DNA of 63,798 bases, the filler included, from Octopus bimaculoides (taxonomy: Eukaryota): assembly GCF_001194135.2 (NCBI RefSeq). It is 5 parts of 4 records of this genome, joined end to end, with 100 filler letters (N's around TTAATTAATTAA, not from the genome) between each part and the next. Parts side by side here need not be neighbours in the genome. Positions count along the whole stretch, not along the records: positions 1 to 28,028 come from NC_068984.1; positions 28,129 to 48,438 come from NC_068984.1; 3 more parts are not named here. One strand, written 5' to 3'. The notes below the pieces were generated by a model. The model worked only from the letters and a program-made list of their open reading frames with translations, was not told the DNA's origin and searched no databases. Position 1 is the first letter of the stretch. Each line of letters starts with the position of its first letter. The position numbers and the translations under genes are program-made. Shown here one piece after another: positions 26,760-40,063 of this stretch.

Positions 26760-27090
26760 CAAGGCGAAGACGGGAGTCCGGATGGTCCCTGTGCAAGTAC
26801 AACCTGAACACAGACAGATGTTGTAAAGAGTGACCGGTAGAGCGGAAATGGCGCGAGTCAGTTATATGATAGGGTCGATGATGGGTGCCAGTGAGGAGGG
26901 TGGTGTTGGAGAGGTAAGGGCAAGTGCCGCAGCATGGGCGGGAGCAGGGGAACGAGCCGGGTTGTGAGGTTGGACTAGGGAGAAAGCTGTGGACCAAGCG
27001 GTCTTGTAGGTTGTCGACTCATTTGAAGGAGGGGATGGGTCGGTTAGGGAAGATATGCGAAGTGGAGCGGTCGGACTGGAGTCGCCGATA
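26760..27090 (-). mobile_element. Penelope-like element fragment (Cys-linker region and decayed GIY-YIG start)
   Basis: The minus strand reads SFK*VDNLQDRLVHSFLP...PGSFPCSRPCCGTCPYLSNTT..HITDS. This matches the FKR..NL.D.LV / PG.FPC..RC.TC linker of Neptune-type PLEs. Confidence 0.8.
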
Positions 27091-27723
27091 CACCTACACA
27101 TATATATGCACACTCACACTTATAAGTCTTGAGTATTTGCTGTAGTTTTCAAGAACAAATCTTCACAGAAATCAACGTATCTTTAGAGTAAGTGGGTTAG
27201 CTTTTGAAATACGCAGGAAAAAAAATGAAACTGAGAATTCAGTTTATTAGCGAAAGCTTAATTCAAAATTTAGTTTTGGAGTATTTGCTTTGCTTGCGAC
27301 TTATTTTTCTGCAGAATAGTCGGAAATTGAAATAATACACAGGAAAATTCTTATTTGAATTTCGTATGTCAACACTAAGTGCTATAAGGAAGAGGAAATT
27401 GGAAATAAAAAGAATAGTCTGCATTTACATGTGTGTGTGTGTGTACACGTGTTTTAGTTTGTGTGTAAATTTATGTATGTGAGTGCATAAGTGGAATTTA
27501 TAGTATTACATTTAATCCCTTTGTTACCTTCGTTTCTTCATTTAATGGAATATATATATATATTTTATGAAGATAAATATTAATAGAAATATAAATATAA
27601 AAGGAATAAAATATAACAATATGTTTAGTTAAACGATGGGCTTCTCGTTTGACTGATATTCAACTAATACAATTTACAGTTGGAAGTTAATTGTGAATAT
27701 ACGTGTATATATATTTAAGTGCA

Positions 27724-27724
<1 letters not shown>

Positions 27725-27760
<36 letters not shown>

Positions 27761-27810
27761 ACACACACACACATACACGCACACACACACACACACACAG
27801 ACACACACTC
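27725..27810. repeat. (CA)n microsatellite
   Basis: Directly visible. Confidence 0.9.
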
Positions 27811-27885
27811 ACAATGTAAATACAAGTGGAGTGTTGGCGATTTCTTTCGTCTGGCTTCTTTTTTCTTGGACTTTCTTCTATCTCC

Positions 27886-27920
27886 TTTTTCTGAAGAAGA
27901 ACTTTGGTCGAAACGTTAAA
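27886..27920 (+). ncRNA. Degenerate minimal hammerhead motif in a probable Penelope pLTR remnant
   Basis: ttttt CTGAAGA a gaac tttg gtc GAAA CG TT aaa: core intact, stem II weak, stem I 3 bp. Confidence 0.5.
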
Positions 27921-28889
27921 CAGCTTTTCTTACTTTCTCTGAGCGTCTTTTAATACTTGCATGTATCACCCTCAAGTTGTGATTTTTTTATTTTGTTTTT
28001 TTCTACAATTTCTTATTTTTATATATATNNNNNNNNNNNNNNNNNNNNNNNNNNNNNNNNNNNNNNNNNNNNTTAATTAATTAANNNNNNNNNNNNNNNN
28101 NNNNNNNNNNNNNNNNNNNNNNNNNNNNTATGCATGAAGAATTTAAGCGTTCTGCTCGAAAGGGCTCTGCTGGCGTAGTGTATGGGGAGACTTGGTTTGC
28201 AATCTTTGAAATCGTATATACTTGTCAAGAGTCGGGCTCATTAGCCACCAATGGAGCCGCAAATGCAAAGTATAAGTTAGTCCTAGAGCGCACAATGTTC
28301 ATGAACGTCAATAAAGATCTTCCTCGGTCACAAGTGGACGGCCATCATATATATGCATATATAGATGTATATATGTATTTGTATCTATCTATCTATATAT
28401 GAATATCTATATGTATGTATATACACATATACTTACATATATTTATATACATATATATATATATACACATATATATATATACACATAAATACAGACATAC
28501 ACATACACATATACATATATATATACATATATGTAACCTATAGTTAAAAATTATGCTCTTAGCATATTTAGCTTCAAGGATAAGAGTGACTGGGATATGC
28601 CTTATATGCACCTTAAAAAGCGAACATGAACGTCTTCAAAATTACATCATTTACAACAGATTGCAAAGCGGTAAAACTGTATAAATTATCGGTTTTCGTT
28701 TCAGTCTATACACTTTGATTTGGATAGCTGGTGTTTAGAATTGACAGTTTTACACGATTCTACTCAATTTTGTACTTCTCAACTTCGATTTAGGAAACAG
28801 TATGAATTTACACAATCTTTGCCAAATATTGTTATCGCTTGAAAACTTCTAAATGATGAATGATGTTACGTAGATAGTTTTGGTATTTC

Positions 28890-29333
28890 TCATTTAGGAA
28901 AAATCGATCTTCATAAGTAAATCAACAAACTAGCCGACAGTTTCTAATCAGTTAGTAGCGAATAATTCTTTATCGTCTTTCACATTCTCTGCCTTGAGCA
29001 GAGAAGAGAACATCATCTATTAGGTTTCGCAAATCTTAAGCCAAAAGACAGCGATTACAATTTCTTATTTCTCTTCATCAGAGAACCTGTGTTTGGCTTT
29101 GTGTGTATCTGATGGTGATTGCATCTTATAGCATGGGTGTTCTTCCTAACCTTCAGTGGAGCAAGATGGTGTGGGGCCGATAGGCTGACGCGTCATGTTA
29201 GAATAGTACACAGATAATTGAAAACACATGTACATTCATGTATGTTATTTACAGATACACAGACCACACACGCACGAACATGCAAAAAAATATACACGCA
29301 TGAAGAATTTAAGCTTTCGTTTGNNNNNNNNNN

Positions 29334-29371
<38 letters not shown>

Positions 29372-29860
29372 TTGACAGGAAGGACAACAAAAGAAAAAAA
29401 GAGACCTTGATATTATGCAAATAGAGGAATTTATCTGTAAAAATATATGACACTTATTCAGTAGCCATGATAAAACCAAAGAGACACTCCCATGAAACCA
29501 GATCCTTTTAACTCAAACCATACCCTCCAGACGAAAGTAACGATTTCCTTTATCTGTGTTTTGAAGTCAACTGAAACACTGTCTCTCATTTTCAAAGCAG
29601 AGTGAAGTAACTTGGTTATAACTTTTGGACAACGAAGCTTTTATTTTGATCACGTATTACTGTCATAACATTCTTTTCACTGGTAGTCGAACTTACAAAT
29701 TTCAGTATTGCCTTCCACAGAAACCAAATAGTTATTATCCTTGGTCTCTTAGTTAGAATTTTAGCTGGGATGTATTTGGCTTGGACAACACGAGATAATG
29801 CTATTGCTCTTTTTTTTCGAATGCCATATTTTGTAATATGTAAATTAATGTTTTCACGTG
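28890..29860 (-). pseudogene. Possible decayed intronless class A (peptide-receptor-like) GPCR
   Basis: Collinear minus-strand patches: MAFE[frameshift in an A8 run]RAIA..AKYI..TKRPRIITIW (R at 29808-29810, W 28 codons later), LVLSWLLN, IVIAVFWLKICET and VDLLMKIDFS. Many stops. Inference. Confidence 0.35.
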
Positions 29861-29999
29861 TTAAAATTGCGTTATTTGTTCCAGCTCTTTAATAATGTTA
29901 ATAATTCTTTCTAATATCGTCGCGCGCTAAAAGATTTGATGGGAAAGTTTAGTTGATTAATTCAATCCACTGCTGAAATGGCACTTTGCTTCATGAAGC

Positions 30000-30899
30000 C
30001 CAAACATGAATTGAAAATTTCAGGAAAGTGGGATTGGAACCCAAAATGTAACGAACCATAACAAACAACGCAAGGCAATTTGCAAACGATATTGCCAAAG
30101 GTGCTGAAGATCAAGAGGCTTCAACACATTTCGGAAACCGAACGGACAAAATATAAAAAAAGGCCAACTTGCATCAAATAAACCAATGACGATACATCAT
30201 GAAACACAAGTAAGGAATCCCCAAAATATCAAGTGAAAGTAAATCACAAAATTTGATTTACTCGTATGAAATGAAGTAACAAAACATGAAATATCCAAGC
30301 ACGAGAACCCCTAATAATCACCAGAACAGGAGCCAGACAAACAGAAGAAAAAAAGAAAAAGCAATATGTGAAAGATTTAAGAATACTGAATTGTAAATGT
30401 AGAAATAATGTGTTTGATAATTTAAAAGTAGGTACAATACAATAACTACGAACAAGAGAGATCATTCATATGGACCGTTATAGCAACCTCATAAGGATAA
30501 GAGACAAAGGTTGTGTAGCAGGAAATCATTCCGGAAAATTTGAGGATAAAGACTTTTAGAACCAACTTCTATAATACCACATAATATAAGAATATTCAGC
30601 TACAGCCAATGTAATTACATGGAAAGTAAGCTTGATTTAAGATATATTCCAAAAGGAATATCAAAACCAAAGCAAACGATATGGAAATTGACTGTACGAA
30701 AATGGATAGGAAAGAAGAGAAAATATATTTCAATATTTATCGAAATCTGTAAAGACACGACACAATTGAGAAAAGGAAGTGTCAGATAAAATAGTTGAGG
30801 AATGTAGAATAGCTAAGAACAATCCGAAATCAACCAACACCTGGAACAAGGGTTCATCAAAAGATCGCAAATAATGCATAGAAAACAGCAGCGAATGTT

Positions 30900-30930
<31 letters not shown>

Positions 30931-33480
30931 GAAAGATAGTTTGACCCCAACCCCGAACCATTTTATCGAAGTAAAGCTAAAAAATCGATGCAGCACAAAC
31001 AACAATAGGAATGGAGGAATATAGGGAAGTTTGCGAGAGGAACACAATATACACGATTGTTCAAAATAAATAAGGAGTACACCATCATAACAACATGGAA
31101 TAATATGCACAAAAAAAACAAAAACAATACTAGCCCAAGTTCTGTAAGCAGGAGAGAGGCGGCAGTACATATGGTTTTATAACTGAAGTCAAAGTATTTA
31201 GAAATGACTCGTAAAGTGTTAGCAGAGATATTTAATGGCATACTTTTGGCGCACGATATTCCAACAGAATGTCTAGCTAGACTTAAACCGAAAATCGTAC
31301 AAACCACAGCCCCACAACCCGACTTCTTACAATCTACAAAGACTTAAAGGTACTAATATTTTGGAGAGTAAATAATAACAGTCGTGTTTAAGGTGAGCAG
31401 AATGGATGGGATAACAAAATGGTTGCGAAGATCGCTTATGTACAAAATCTGCTGTAAATTATGTAGAGAAAACCAGAAGAGTTTGAACAAAGGTAGTGCT
31501 GACGCGTATTTCTCGCGTAAGTATCGTAGATAAACTTCGCCACAGTAACCTAGCACAAGTAAAACTAGGCTACATAAAAAAAATAATAAACGGTCATACA
31601 AGATATCATGATTCAATGTCATATAATTTTGCAGATTAAACAGAAGAATATAGTATAAAATATAACGAATGTTCACTAGGAGAAGAATATTGCATGGGGA
31701 ATTATTGTCTCTACGGTATTGTCTAATGCTGATATTTTTACGCAACATATTAAACAGCCCTGTATTCAGATATAAATACTATGCTAAGACAAACATGGTT
31801 TGCGTATGGAAGTTACAGGTGAACAACATCTAGGAATATTTTTGCAGAGAGCTTATGAATTTGCCAGAAAAAAATATGAGACTCACATTAGAGATACGCG
31901 CCATTTCAACTTTCGCCATGGAAAATTAAGAACTCTAATACAGAGAATGAGGTACGAGGTCCAATCCTTAGAGGAAGTGGAATGTCCACTGAAAGCTTCT
32001 TGGCTTTTCTCCTTTCCTGGCGAGAGCAAATATATTTAATTGATATACTAGACAAGCCGAATGTTAAATCCGCTCTTCGTACATGGTCCACCTCCGATTC
32101 CATACTACAAATAAAATCAACCGCCGACACTTCTACATATAATACGCAGATTCAATAGATTCTGAAGATGGATGTATGTTTGGAAGCAAGAAAAGTAATT
32201 AAAAAAATGGAAGAAAACTTAACTGATCTGTTTGCTAAACAGTGGAAGATCAGAAAAGTATAACAGACCGAGATTAGCAAATGTCTTGGTATTAATAATA
32301 TATAGAGATTAAAGAAAAAAAAGAAGCTTAGAAAGGAATATTATAGAATTATTAGACTAAAAGTTAAACCAGACCTAAATAGCAAAAGTAAGGCAATAAT
32401 ATTTGGATGTTGTAGACAATTTAGTAATAATTTATTGTCATAATTCTTTCAAATGGAAACAAATTGTATTAGCAAGATTAGACAAGAAAACAAGAAAATC
32501 AAAATCTACATTTAAATTTTAACAAATGAAATCCGCCAAAGAAAGATTATATTACACACATGTGGAAAGATATACGGGACTTTTGAAAGTACAAAATTAT
32601 TGTGATCTAGTATGATAATATAAAACAGCCCGTAGTTTATAAGATAAAACGAATATAAATAACTACAAAATATAAACAAAAAATGAAAACTGTTTGGTGC
32701 AGAATTTCATGCAAGAGATAAGTATGAAAGGCCTGAAATCAAAATGAGTGTTACATAATGTCCTGAAAATATTTTACTGTTCAAGAAAACAATGTTGCCA
32801 ATATACATAAAAAGACAAAGAAAAGACGTTGCAAATCGAAAATCTGTTCTGTGAAGAGAATGATAACTGAGGTCGAATGATCTTTTATTGAGGAACAAGA
32901 TCGGAAGATCCCTACTGGAAAATAGCAATAAATTTAATGAAGCAGAATACAGAACATTTCATCAGAACATATGGATGCTCTGAATAAACGATCAATCCCA
33001 TTGTTTCTGACCTTCGTTTTATAAAGTAGAATCAACCTTTTTGGTAGATGTAGAGATTTCAAGTATTGGAAATTATGCTAGCGTTTTAAAATCACAGAAA
33101 AAAATCATTGTAACATACATTGCAGATATTAACGCAGAATAAAACAGTAACCACACTGCGAAAATATTCGTAGATATAAAGATGAAAGCAAATCGTTCAG
33201 GTAGTATCATTTAGGTGTATCAATTCTCATACATGAACATGTATCTCTAAATTTAATGGAAAAGTGATCAAAGTATAAAGATAAGGAAACATTGAAAACA
33301 ATATTGTAGGGAAAAGAATCAGAAGCAATCTCTAAGATAATAGGTGCTTCAGGAACATTTTACAAAACATCCAGGCAAATACAAAAACAAGTAGGGACAC
33401 GTGATTTTTAGAGACACAGCATCAGAAAAATTGTACTACTTGGCACCTTACATATATTACAATGTGTAGGTTCCATAGAA
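30000..33480 (+). mobile_element. Old, decayed R4/Dong-clade LINE (RT plus C-terminal restriction-like endonuclease)
   Basis: Collinear motifs: KYLEMTRKVLAEIFNGIL (~31192), KCLGI, RKEYYRIIRLKVKPDLNSKSK (32330-32392), LDKKTRK, ERLY, KANRS (RPD-like), MEK*SKYKD, IIGASGT and KIVLLGTLHILQ (33427-33462). The 5' boundary is approximate. Confidence 0.75.
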
Positions 33481-34639
33481 TAGGACCGCTTTAACAAAAA
33501 CAAGGAATTATGACTATAGAACATTGCAGTGGAGAGAAATTATTAAGATGGACCCATGTCGATAAGGGTGGCTTCAGAAAGTAAATCAGAGCCTTCGATT
33601 ACCAACAATAATGGCGTAAATCTAATAGCAAACCCGTTACTTCTGTTTTGCTTGTCATAAAATCATGGATATAATGAAATCATTTTCTGAATTCAAAGTC
33701 AACGGAAGGTTCGTCATATTTAGCTGTATGGAGTAAAAAGAAAGAAGACACGGATTTCATACTTGATCAATATGTGGCTTTTTTTTTAATACATAAGAAA
33801 CACCTTTTGCTGTTTTGCTGTTTGAAGTATTAATATTAATATTTTGTAAGAAATATACCCTTTGTGCATTCCGATTTCTAATCAACTTCCAAAATATTTA
33901 CCCACAATGAAAAATTCTATTACCAAAACGTTGTTTCAGCATCACTATAATGTTGTAATTCAAAATATTAGCATGTAGACAAACTTGTTTCTAATATAAC
34001 ATTTATGAATTTGCTATTTCAATTTGAGAGCTAAATTCTAGTTTTATATATTCTTTGTTCATCTGAGTATATTTGTATTGCATTTTAAGTTTATCTTTAA
34101 AATTCATTATGGTTTTCTTAATGCGAAAACATAGGAAGGGTATGATGTATGATTTTTTCCGTGAGAATAAGAAATTTTTATTGTTACAATTTTAATTTTA
34201 ATCTTTTATTAATTTCAAGTTAAAAGCAATGAAAAGTTTACTTATTAAAAATATCAGAAAAGGGATTTGCATAAGGTTTATTTTCAATATTAAGAAGATG
34301 CAAAGGAAAGGAGATATAATTTTACTGGTCCTTATGATATAGATAATTTATACACCCACATATTTGTATATATATATAAACACATACATATACATACACA
34401 CAGACACACAGATATATATGTACGTGATAATTTTATTAAGTAATAGATTTTTCACGTGTAATATTACGAGGTTTTCTACAATATATGAATTACATGCAAT
34501 GTAGTTATTTATGGTATTTGTCTTTTGATAATAACCCATTTTATACGTAATTTATGTCCTCATTTTTGAAAAGCAGAAATATGATAACATCGTGCTTTTA
34601 CCTCTTTGCTTATGTCAGAAAATAACGATAATAATGATT

Positions 34640-35248
34640 ATAAATTTGGCGTAGGTGTCTCGCTCTGCTTAGCATTATTGCCCACTGGAATGAATTCCGA
34701 CAGAGCACCATTTATGTTGAAGTAGGCCTTCATAGTTCTTTGTTCTTGGACAAACATAACGTGGAGAACCCATAATTTGCAAGAAACTTTGTTTCACTGT
34801 GTCAAATGCTTCCGATACTTCTATGAATCATTGGTAGTCCCTCTTATTGGTACATCTACTGCAAAAGCCTGATACAAACGAATATATTTTCAGTGCATCT
34901 ACCGGATTTAATTCTTCATTGAGAATCTAGGACAAATATGAAGCGTAAGTAACTCGGCAGATTCAAGAAATCTCTGGAAAAATATATTCCCGATAGTGTT
35001 GAGTAAGATTATATCATGAAAGTTGCTCCAGCTTCTCATGGAACCTTTTCGACTTCCTCATATTACTCATTTCTGCAAAATATGCTACTGTTTTACATCT
35101 TGTACAGAATTCTCATCCATAACAGAGTGCAAAGACAAAAGCATCACTAAAATTCCCTGCCCTTTACTTCAATATACTTCTGTATCATTGATAAATATAG
35201 ATCCATCTGTAGAAAAGAGCGAAGCAAAGTATTTTCGGATGGTTACCA

Positions 35249-35250
<2 letters not shown>
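34640..35250 (-). mobile_element. RTE-clade LINE fragment (decayed RT N-terminal half)
   Basis: The minus strand reads DGSIFINDTE, IILLNTIGNI, FIEVSEAFDTV (34795-34812) and MKAYFNINGALSEFIPVGNNAKQ, in RT order. Confidence 0.7.
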
Positions 35251-35284
<34 letters not shown>

Positions 35285-38011
35285 NNNNNNNNNNNNNNNN
35301 NNNNNNNNNNNNNNNNNNNNNNNNNNNNNNNNNNNNNNNNNNNNNNNNNNNNNNNNNNNNNNNNNNNNNNNNNNNNNNNNNNNNATATATACATATACAC
35401 ATACATACATATATATACATACATATACCCATATATACATATATATACATATATATATATATACACATATATACATATATATACATACATATATATAGGC
35501 TATTATAGATATTTCGATATAAATCTTCGAATATAATTCCAGCTTTATTCTTTAATAGTTTTCTGCGATTGAACTGCGACCATTGCTGGTTCAGCGCGTT
35601 CAATAAATATTAGCTGATTACAAAAACTCCGGTAATCATTTCAATCTATTATGTACTTTATCGAATTCCGTTTGTCTACAAATGTTCTGGACGTACGAAG
35701 ACACAATTCCTAATGATTTTAATCGGGTAGAGTTCCATGCATGCGCATACATGCCTATACACTCATATAGTTCCATTGCACTCATCATCAATTCATTTCG
35801 TTATGCATATATATAATAGATTCATACATGCATGCGTGTGTGTGTGAAGTATAAAAGATTCTAATAATACAAAACGTAACGATTTTTCTGGAACTCAGTA
35901 TGATGAATAAACATTCCGAAATATGCATTTGAAAAGGCAAGTCATACTACATGCAGGTAATCCTAACTTAGGTTAATTGGTCGCAATTTCCATAGAATAC
36001 AGATCAAGATTTCCTAATATAAGAAAGAAAATCTTATTCAAATTTGGAAATGGAATGTTACGTACATGCATACAAACAGATACACAGACAGAGAGATATA
36101 TACACACGTACATGCAGACACATACATATATGCGTATGTGTACATACATGAATACACAGATTTATTTGTGTGTTTTTGTGTATTTATACGTGTATGTATG
36201 CAGTGGTGGACTGGCCAGGTTTCCAGCTTGTCCGATGGCATGTGGGCTCCTGTGCCATTAGAATCCATTTATGAGGACTCGTGTTAATATCTAAGGGGCC
36301 CGTCCCCTTATTTCAGCCTGGCTGTATTTGTATACAGTTGCAAAGAATACTTTTAACAAAAAAGAAAAAGAAAGATTAATGATAGTATTGTAGTCTCGAG
36401 TGAGTCTCCTTAGTCTCCTCTAGCAACCAATAGTTTTAGACCCATTCCGCCAGTGCATGTATTTAAAGCTCAATAAGAACAAATTTAAGGAAAACATGAT
36501 AAGGTTATTATTTAAGGCCTAGAAAAAGGCTATGCATTTCGGACTGAGGCCCTTCTATCGAGATTGAAGAGAAATACGAAGAAAGGTTGTAAACTTACAA
36601 CACGCACACACATACACACACATCAGAACGTCAGATATTTACCTGTTGTCTAATTCAAGGCTATTTTTGAAAAACAAGCCTTGAAACTGGCGGGACCAGC
36701 AAAATTCAACTTTATGGAATATATTTTCTGAAATTATAAGTGTCGGGTTTGAAACCAAATAATTCAGTTGTATTCCTTGGATACAAGGAATCAAAATATG
36801 TCTTTTAAGGAAAATCCGCTTTATAATGATTGCAGGTAAATAGTCAGTTTGTTGTTTACGTCACAGCGATCAGCTATTCTTAACAGATATGGAAATAATT
36901 TATTCCCAAGCGCAGAATAATGATTAACAGCATGACTACGATAAATAATCCTTATATTACAGATAAATTTGTCAGCGGCCAGCATTCTACTGCACGAGAT
37001 TTTGATATTAATCCAACTGATCGAGAATTTGTAGAGTACCTCTAGAATATTTAACGTATCAGCTTGCGTTCAAATCAAGTGCATTTGAATCCATCGGGAA
37101 TCAACAACCGTTCGCTGTTTCTAGGTCGATAAAATATAGCAACCCCGATGATCGGTCAAAATGTTTGACCAAGTACCTTGCGGATTTGATCAGGTTGTTA
37201 GTGGACTGAATTCAAATTCCACTATGCTCTATTAGAGTTTTAGACTTCATCTGTCGCTTAGTTTCACAGAAGCGCTTAGCTCAGTGGAAACGTTTGACGG
37301 AAGCAATTTTGTGCAGTCAAGCAAATTTCCTATTTGAGGATACCTTCGTTTCTCGACCCTAAATTTCGGTAAGTTTGTAATGGATCATAAGAAACGTCAG
37401 CCCATGTGACTAAATATTGATTACCATATTTAAATATCACACAATGTTTAACTTAGTTCCACGTATAGACAATGTGGAGTGATAATATCTCTGAACCGCG
37501 GCAATAATTATGGAGCATTTTATTATTCATGTATATATTCTTATCTATGTACTCGTTCCATTTAAATATTTACATATTTATTATCTATATATTCTTCCCT
37601 ATTGTTGACATGTATTTATCTAAGAATGATTATTTAAAATTTAACTTAAACCACATAATTATAAATTCTATAAAAGTATTAACAATACCCACACGTAGGT
37701 TACATATTGCAGCCTGATTTAGAAAGACTCACCTGAAAGCAGGTACAAATTATGCAGCAAATATTTCCTATTTCCATATATAATATTGTGAGATAGGTCT
37801 TATTTCCATTGTTTAAAATTGCGTTGTTTCAAAGTATGAAATTTATTTTTAAATATATGTCATAAGTTTATCACTCCTCTCAGAATGTAAGGAATATACT
37901 TGCGTTGCGTACGAGTCTCGTGCAATCTCACACAATGCTGCACACAACCTATTTCAGCCATGTTTTCTTCGGTCCACAACAGATTTACGTATAATTGGTG
38001 TTAAAATATTC

Positions 38012-38220
38012 TTTTCTACTCTAGGCGCAAGACCCGAAATTCTTGGGGTGGAGTCCAGTCGATTAGATCGACCCCAGTACGCAACTGGTATTTAAATTAT
38101 CGACCCCGAAAGGATGAAAGGCAAAGTCGACTCGGCGGAATTTAAACTCAGAACTTAAAGACACACGAAATACCGGGAAGAATTTCGCCTGGCGTGTAAC
38201 GTTTCTGCCAACTCACCGCC
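38012..38220 (-). mobile_element. tRNA-derived SINE, tail type B, full length
   Basis: Reverse complement of the family consensus, from ggcggtgagttggcagaaacgtt to the ..cttgcgcctagagtagaaa tail. Confidence 0.9.
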
Positions 38221-38312
38221 TTTCGGTGATAAAATATTATTGTATGGAAGACTGTAGACACCTCACTACTTTCCTTTCTTTCAATGTTCAATGTAACACA
38301 AAACGCTTTTAT

Positions 38313-38314
<2 letters not shown>

Positions 38315-38373
<59 letters not shown>

Positions 38374-38455
38374 CATATATATATGCATGCATGTATGTAT
38401 GTATGTATGTGTGTGTGTATGTATGTGTGTGGGTAAATGTGTGTGTGTGTGTCTC
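38315..38455. repeat. (CA)n-(TATG)n-(GT)n compound microsatellite
   Basis: Directly visible. Confidence 0.9.
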
Positions 38456-39457
38456 ATATAGACAAACGAATGGGTTATGCGGTGCTGCTACAGTTGTTTC
38501 TTAACGAGACTTTATTGTGACGTAAACATAGTACAGTCAAACATTCAGTACGCCCATCTTCAAGATTATGTAATACGATAAGCAACACCCAAACCATTAG
38601 GCTTACAAAATGAAACTGCGAGCAGTGACAAGTTGATCGATACACAGATCATCAATAAGTACAATTTGTAATCGGATTTACCAAATTTTAAGAAATGTAA
38701 AATTGGTGTCACATCAATCTGTCAAGTACAAGTTTGGGATGCAGAATAAGGTTGGAAATTAAAGAATAATCAAAGCGTATTTATATTCTAACGATGTCAT
38801 TAAACTTAACGATCTTATTCATAACATCTTGTATTGTAGAAAGCAGGAGGCAACGATTTGACCCTTTCAACACATATTTGAAGACTGTTGTTAACGTTGT
38901 TCTAAAAGCAACATATGTATTGTTATATCATTTAGGACACTTTGGAGTCACTTGGTAAATAAATTTCAACGTTATTTATTCATTTCTTTAATTCATCTTG
39001 AATCAAGTGCTCTAATTAATACTGGCAGAAGTAAGAGAATATTAGCTTTGATTAAGCAAGATTCTCTAATTATAATTCAAAGGACAATAGCACAAGGAAA
39101 AACACAGAAAATAGCGAAGGTCCTTGCGAAATTTTGGGTGAGACGGCAGGAAAAAGGAGAGAAGGGAAATTGACACGAAAATAAGTAATAATCAGATATA
39201 TTCATGATCACAATGCCAGTGTTCATAACCTATAAAAATAATTGAACAAAATGAGAGTAGGACAAAAGAATAACAATAGCATAAAGAAATGAATGCTTAT
39301 ACTAGACTATAATAATCAGTGTCGACATAAATATATAAATGAATAATAGAATAAGTAGAAAGATAAATGTTATTCAATGCGTAGGTACTGAACAGTATAT
39401 ATAGAAAGGATGAAATCCTTTCTTGTCTTTTCTTTTAAAGCAGAAAAAATTGTTGGC

Positions 39458-39536
39458 AGTCAGCCATGAGGATCGAACTCACATCCCTGTAATAACCGGT
39501 TGGAATGCTTTACCATTTAAGCTGAACCGCCTGACC
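39458..39536 (-). pseudogene. tRNA-like sequence (tRNA pseudogene or isolated SINE head)
   Basis: Minus strand: acceptor-like ggtcag/ctgact, D arm gctt-aaatggta-aagc, T arm gtgag-TTCGATC-ctcat. The anticodon arm does not fold canonically. Confidence 0.55.
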
Positions 39537-40063
39537 ACTAAATCTTTCTGCAATTTAAGAAGTTATAGAATCATCCAGGAACGCTAGATGTCGTATAGGT
39601 TAAATGTATAAATGTATAAAATTTTAAATTTATGTTAGTTCAATATCGAAATGTAGAGAGATCAGTTATATAGCTGTAGCGGTTTTACAAGTTGAAAAGC
39701 CAGGAATAATGAAAAAGAAAAACCAAAACCAGTATTGCCAAGAAGAATAAAGGAAAACATCATGTATCCCATCGATTCAATTGACAACTATTAGTAATAT
39801 TGTGGCTATTAAGCCACAATATTACTGAGCTGAAAGGAAATTAATTGAAATTATACAGGTTAACTAGATAGGTCAGATCACTATTATAATAAGTTAAAAT
39901 ATGGGTTGTGTTAAGAAAATGCTCAAAAGATTTAAAAGAGTTATGAAGAGTTTTATATTAATCCATGAATCTTATTCCTAGTAATTAATGTTTGTTCTCT
40001 ATGTTTATAGATGCGTATCAATTACTAAGAGGTTGTATAGAATTGGTTTCATGTGTAAGAAAT

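Noticed and set aside
28029-28128. TTAATTAATTAA centred in N runs (also at 48483, 50597 and 59568)
   Set aside because: The identical 44N+12+44N = 100-bp layout four times, with stops in all six frames, marks a scaffolding spacer. It is not biological.
36201-36326. CAGTGG-starting GC-rich patch as a hAT MITE
   Set aside because: No convincing second TIR, TSD or second copy in the window.
36650-36690. Hairpin ttcaaggct...agccttgaaac as a third hammerhead
   Set aside because: CUGANGA is absent (ctaattca) and no stem I forms.
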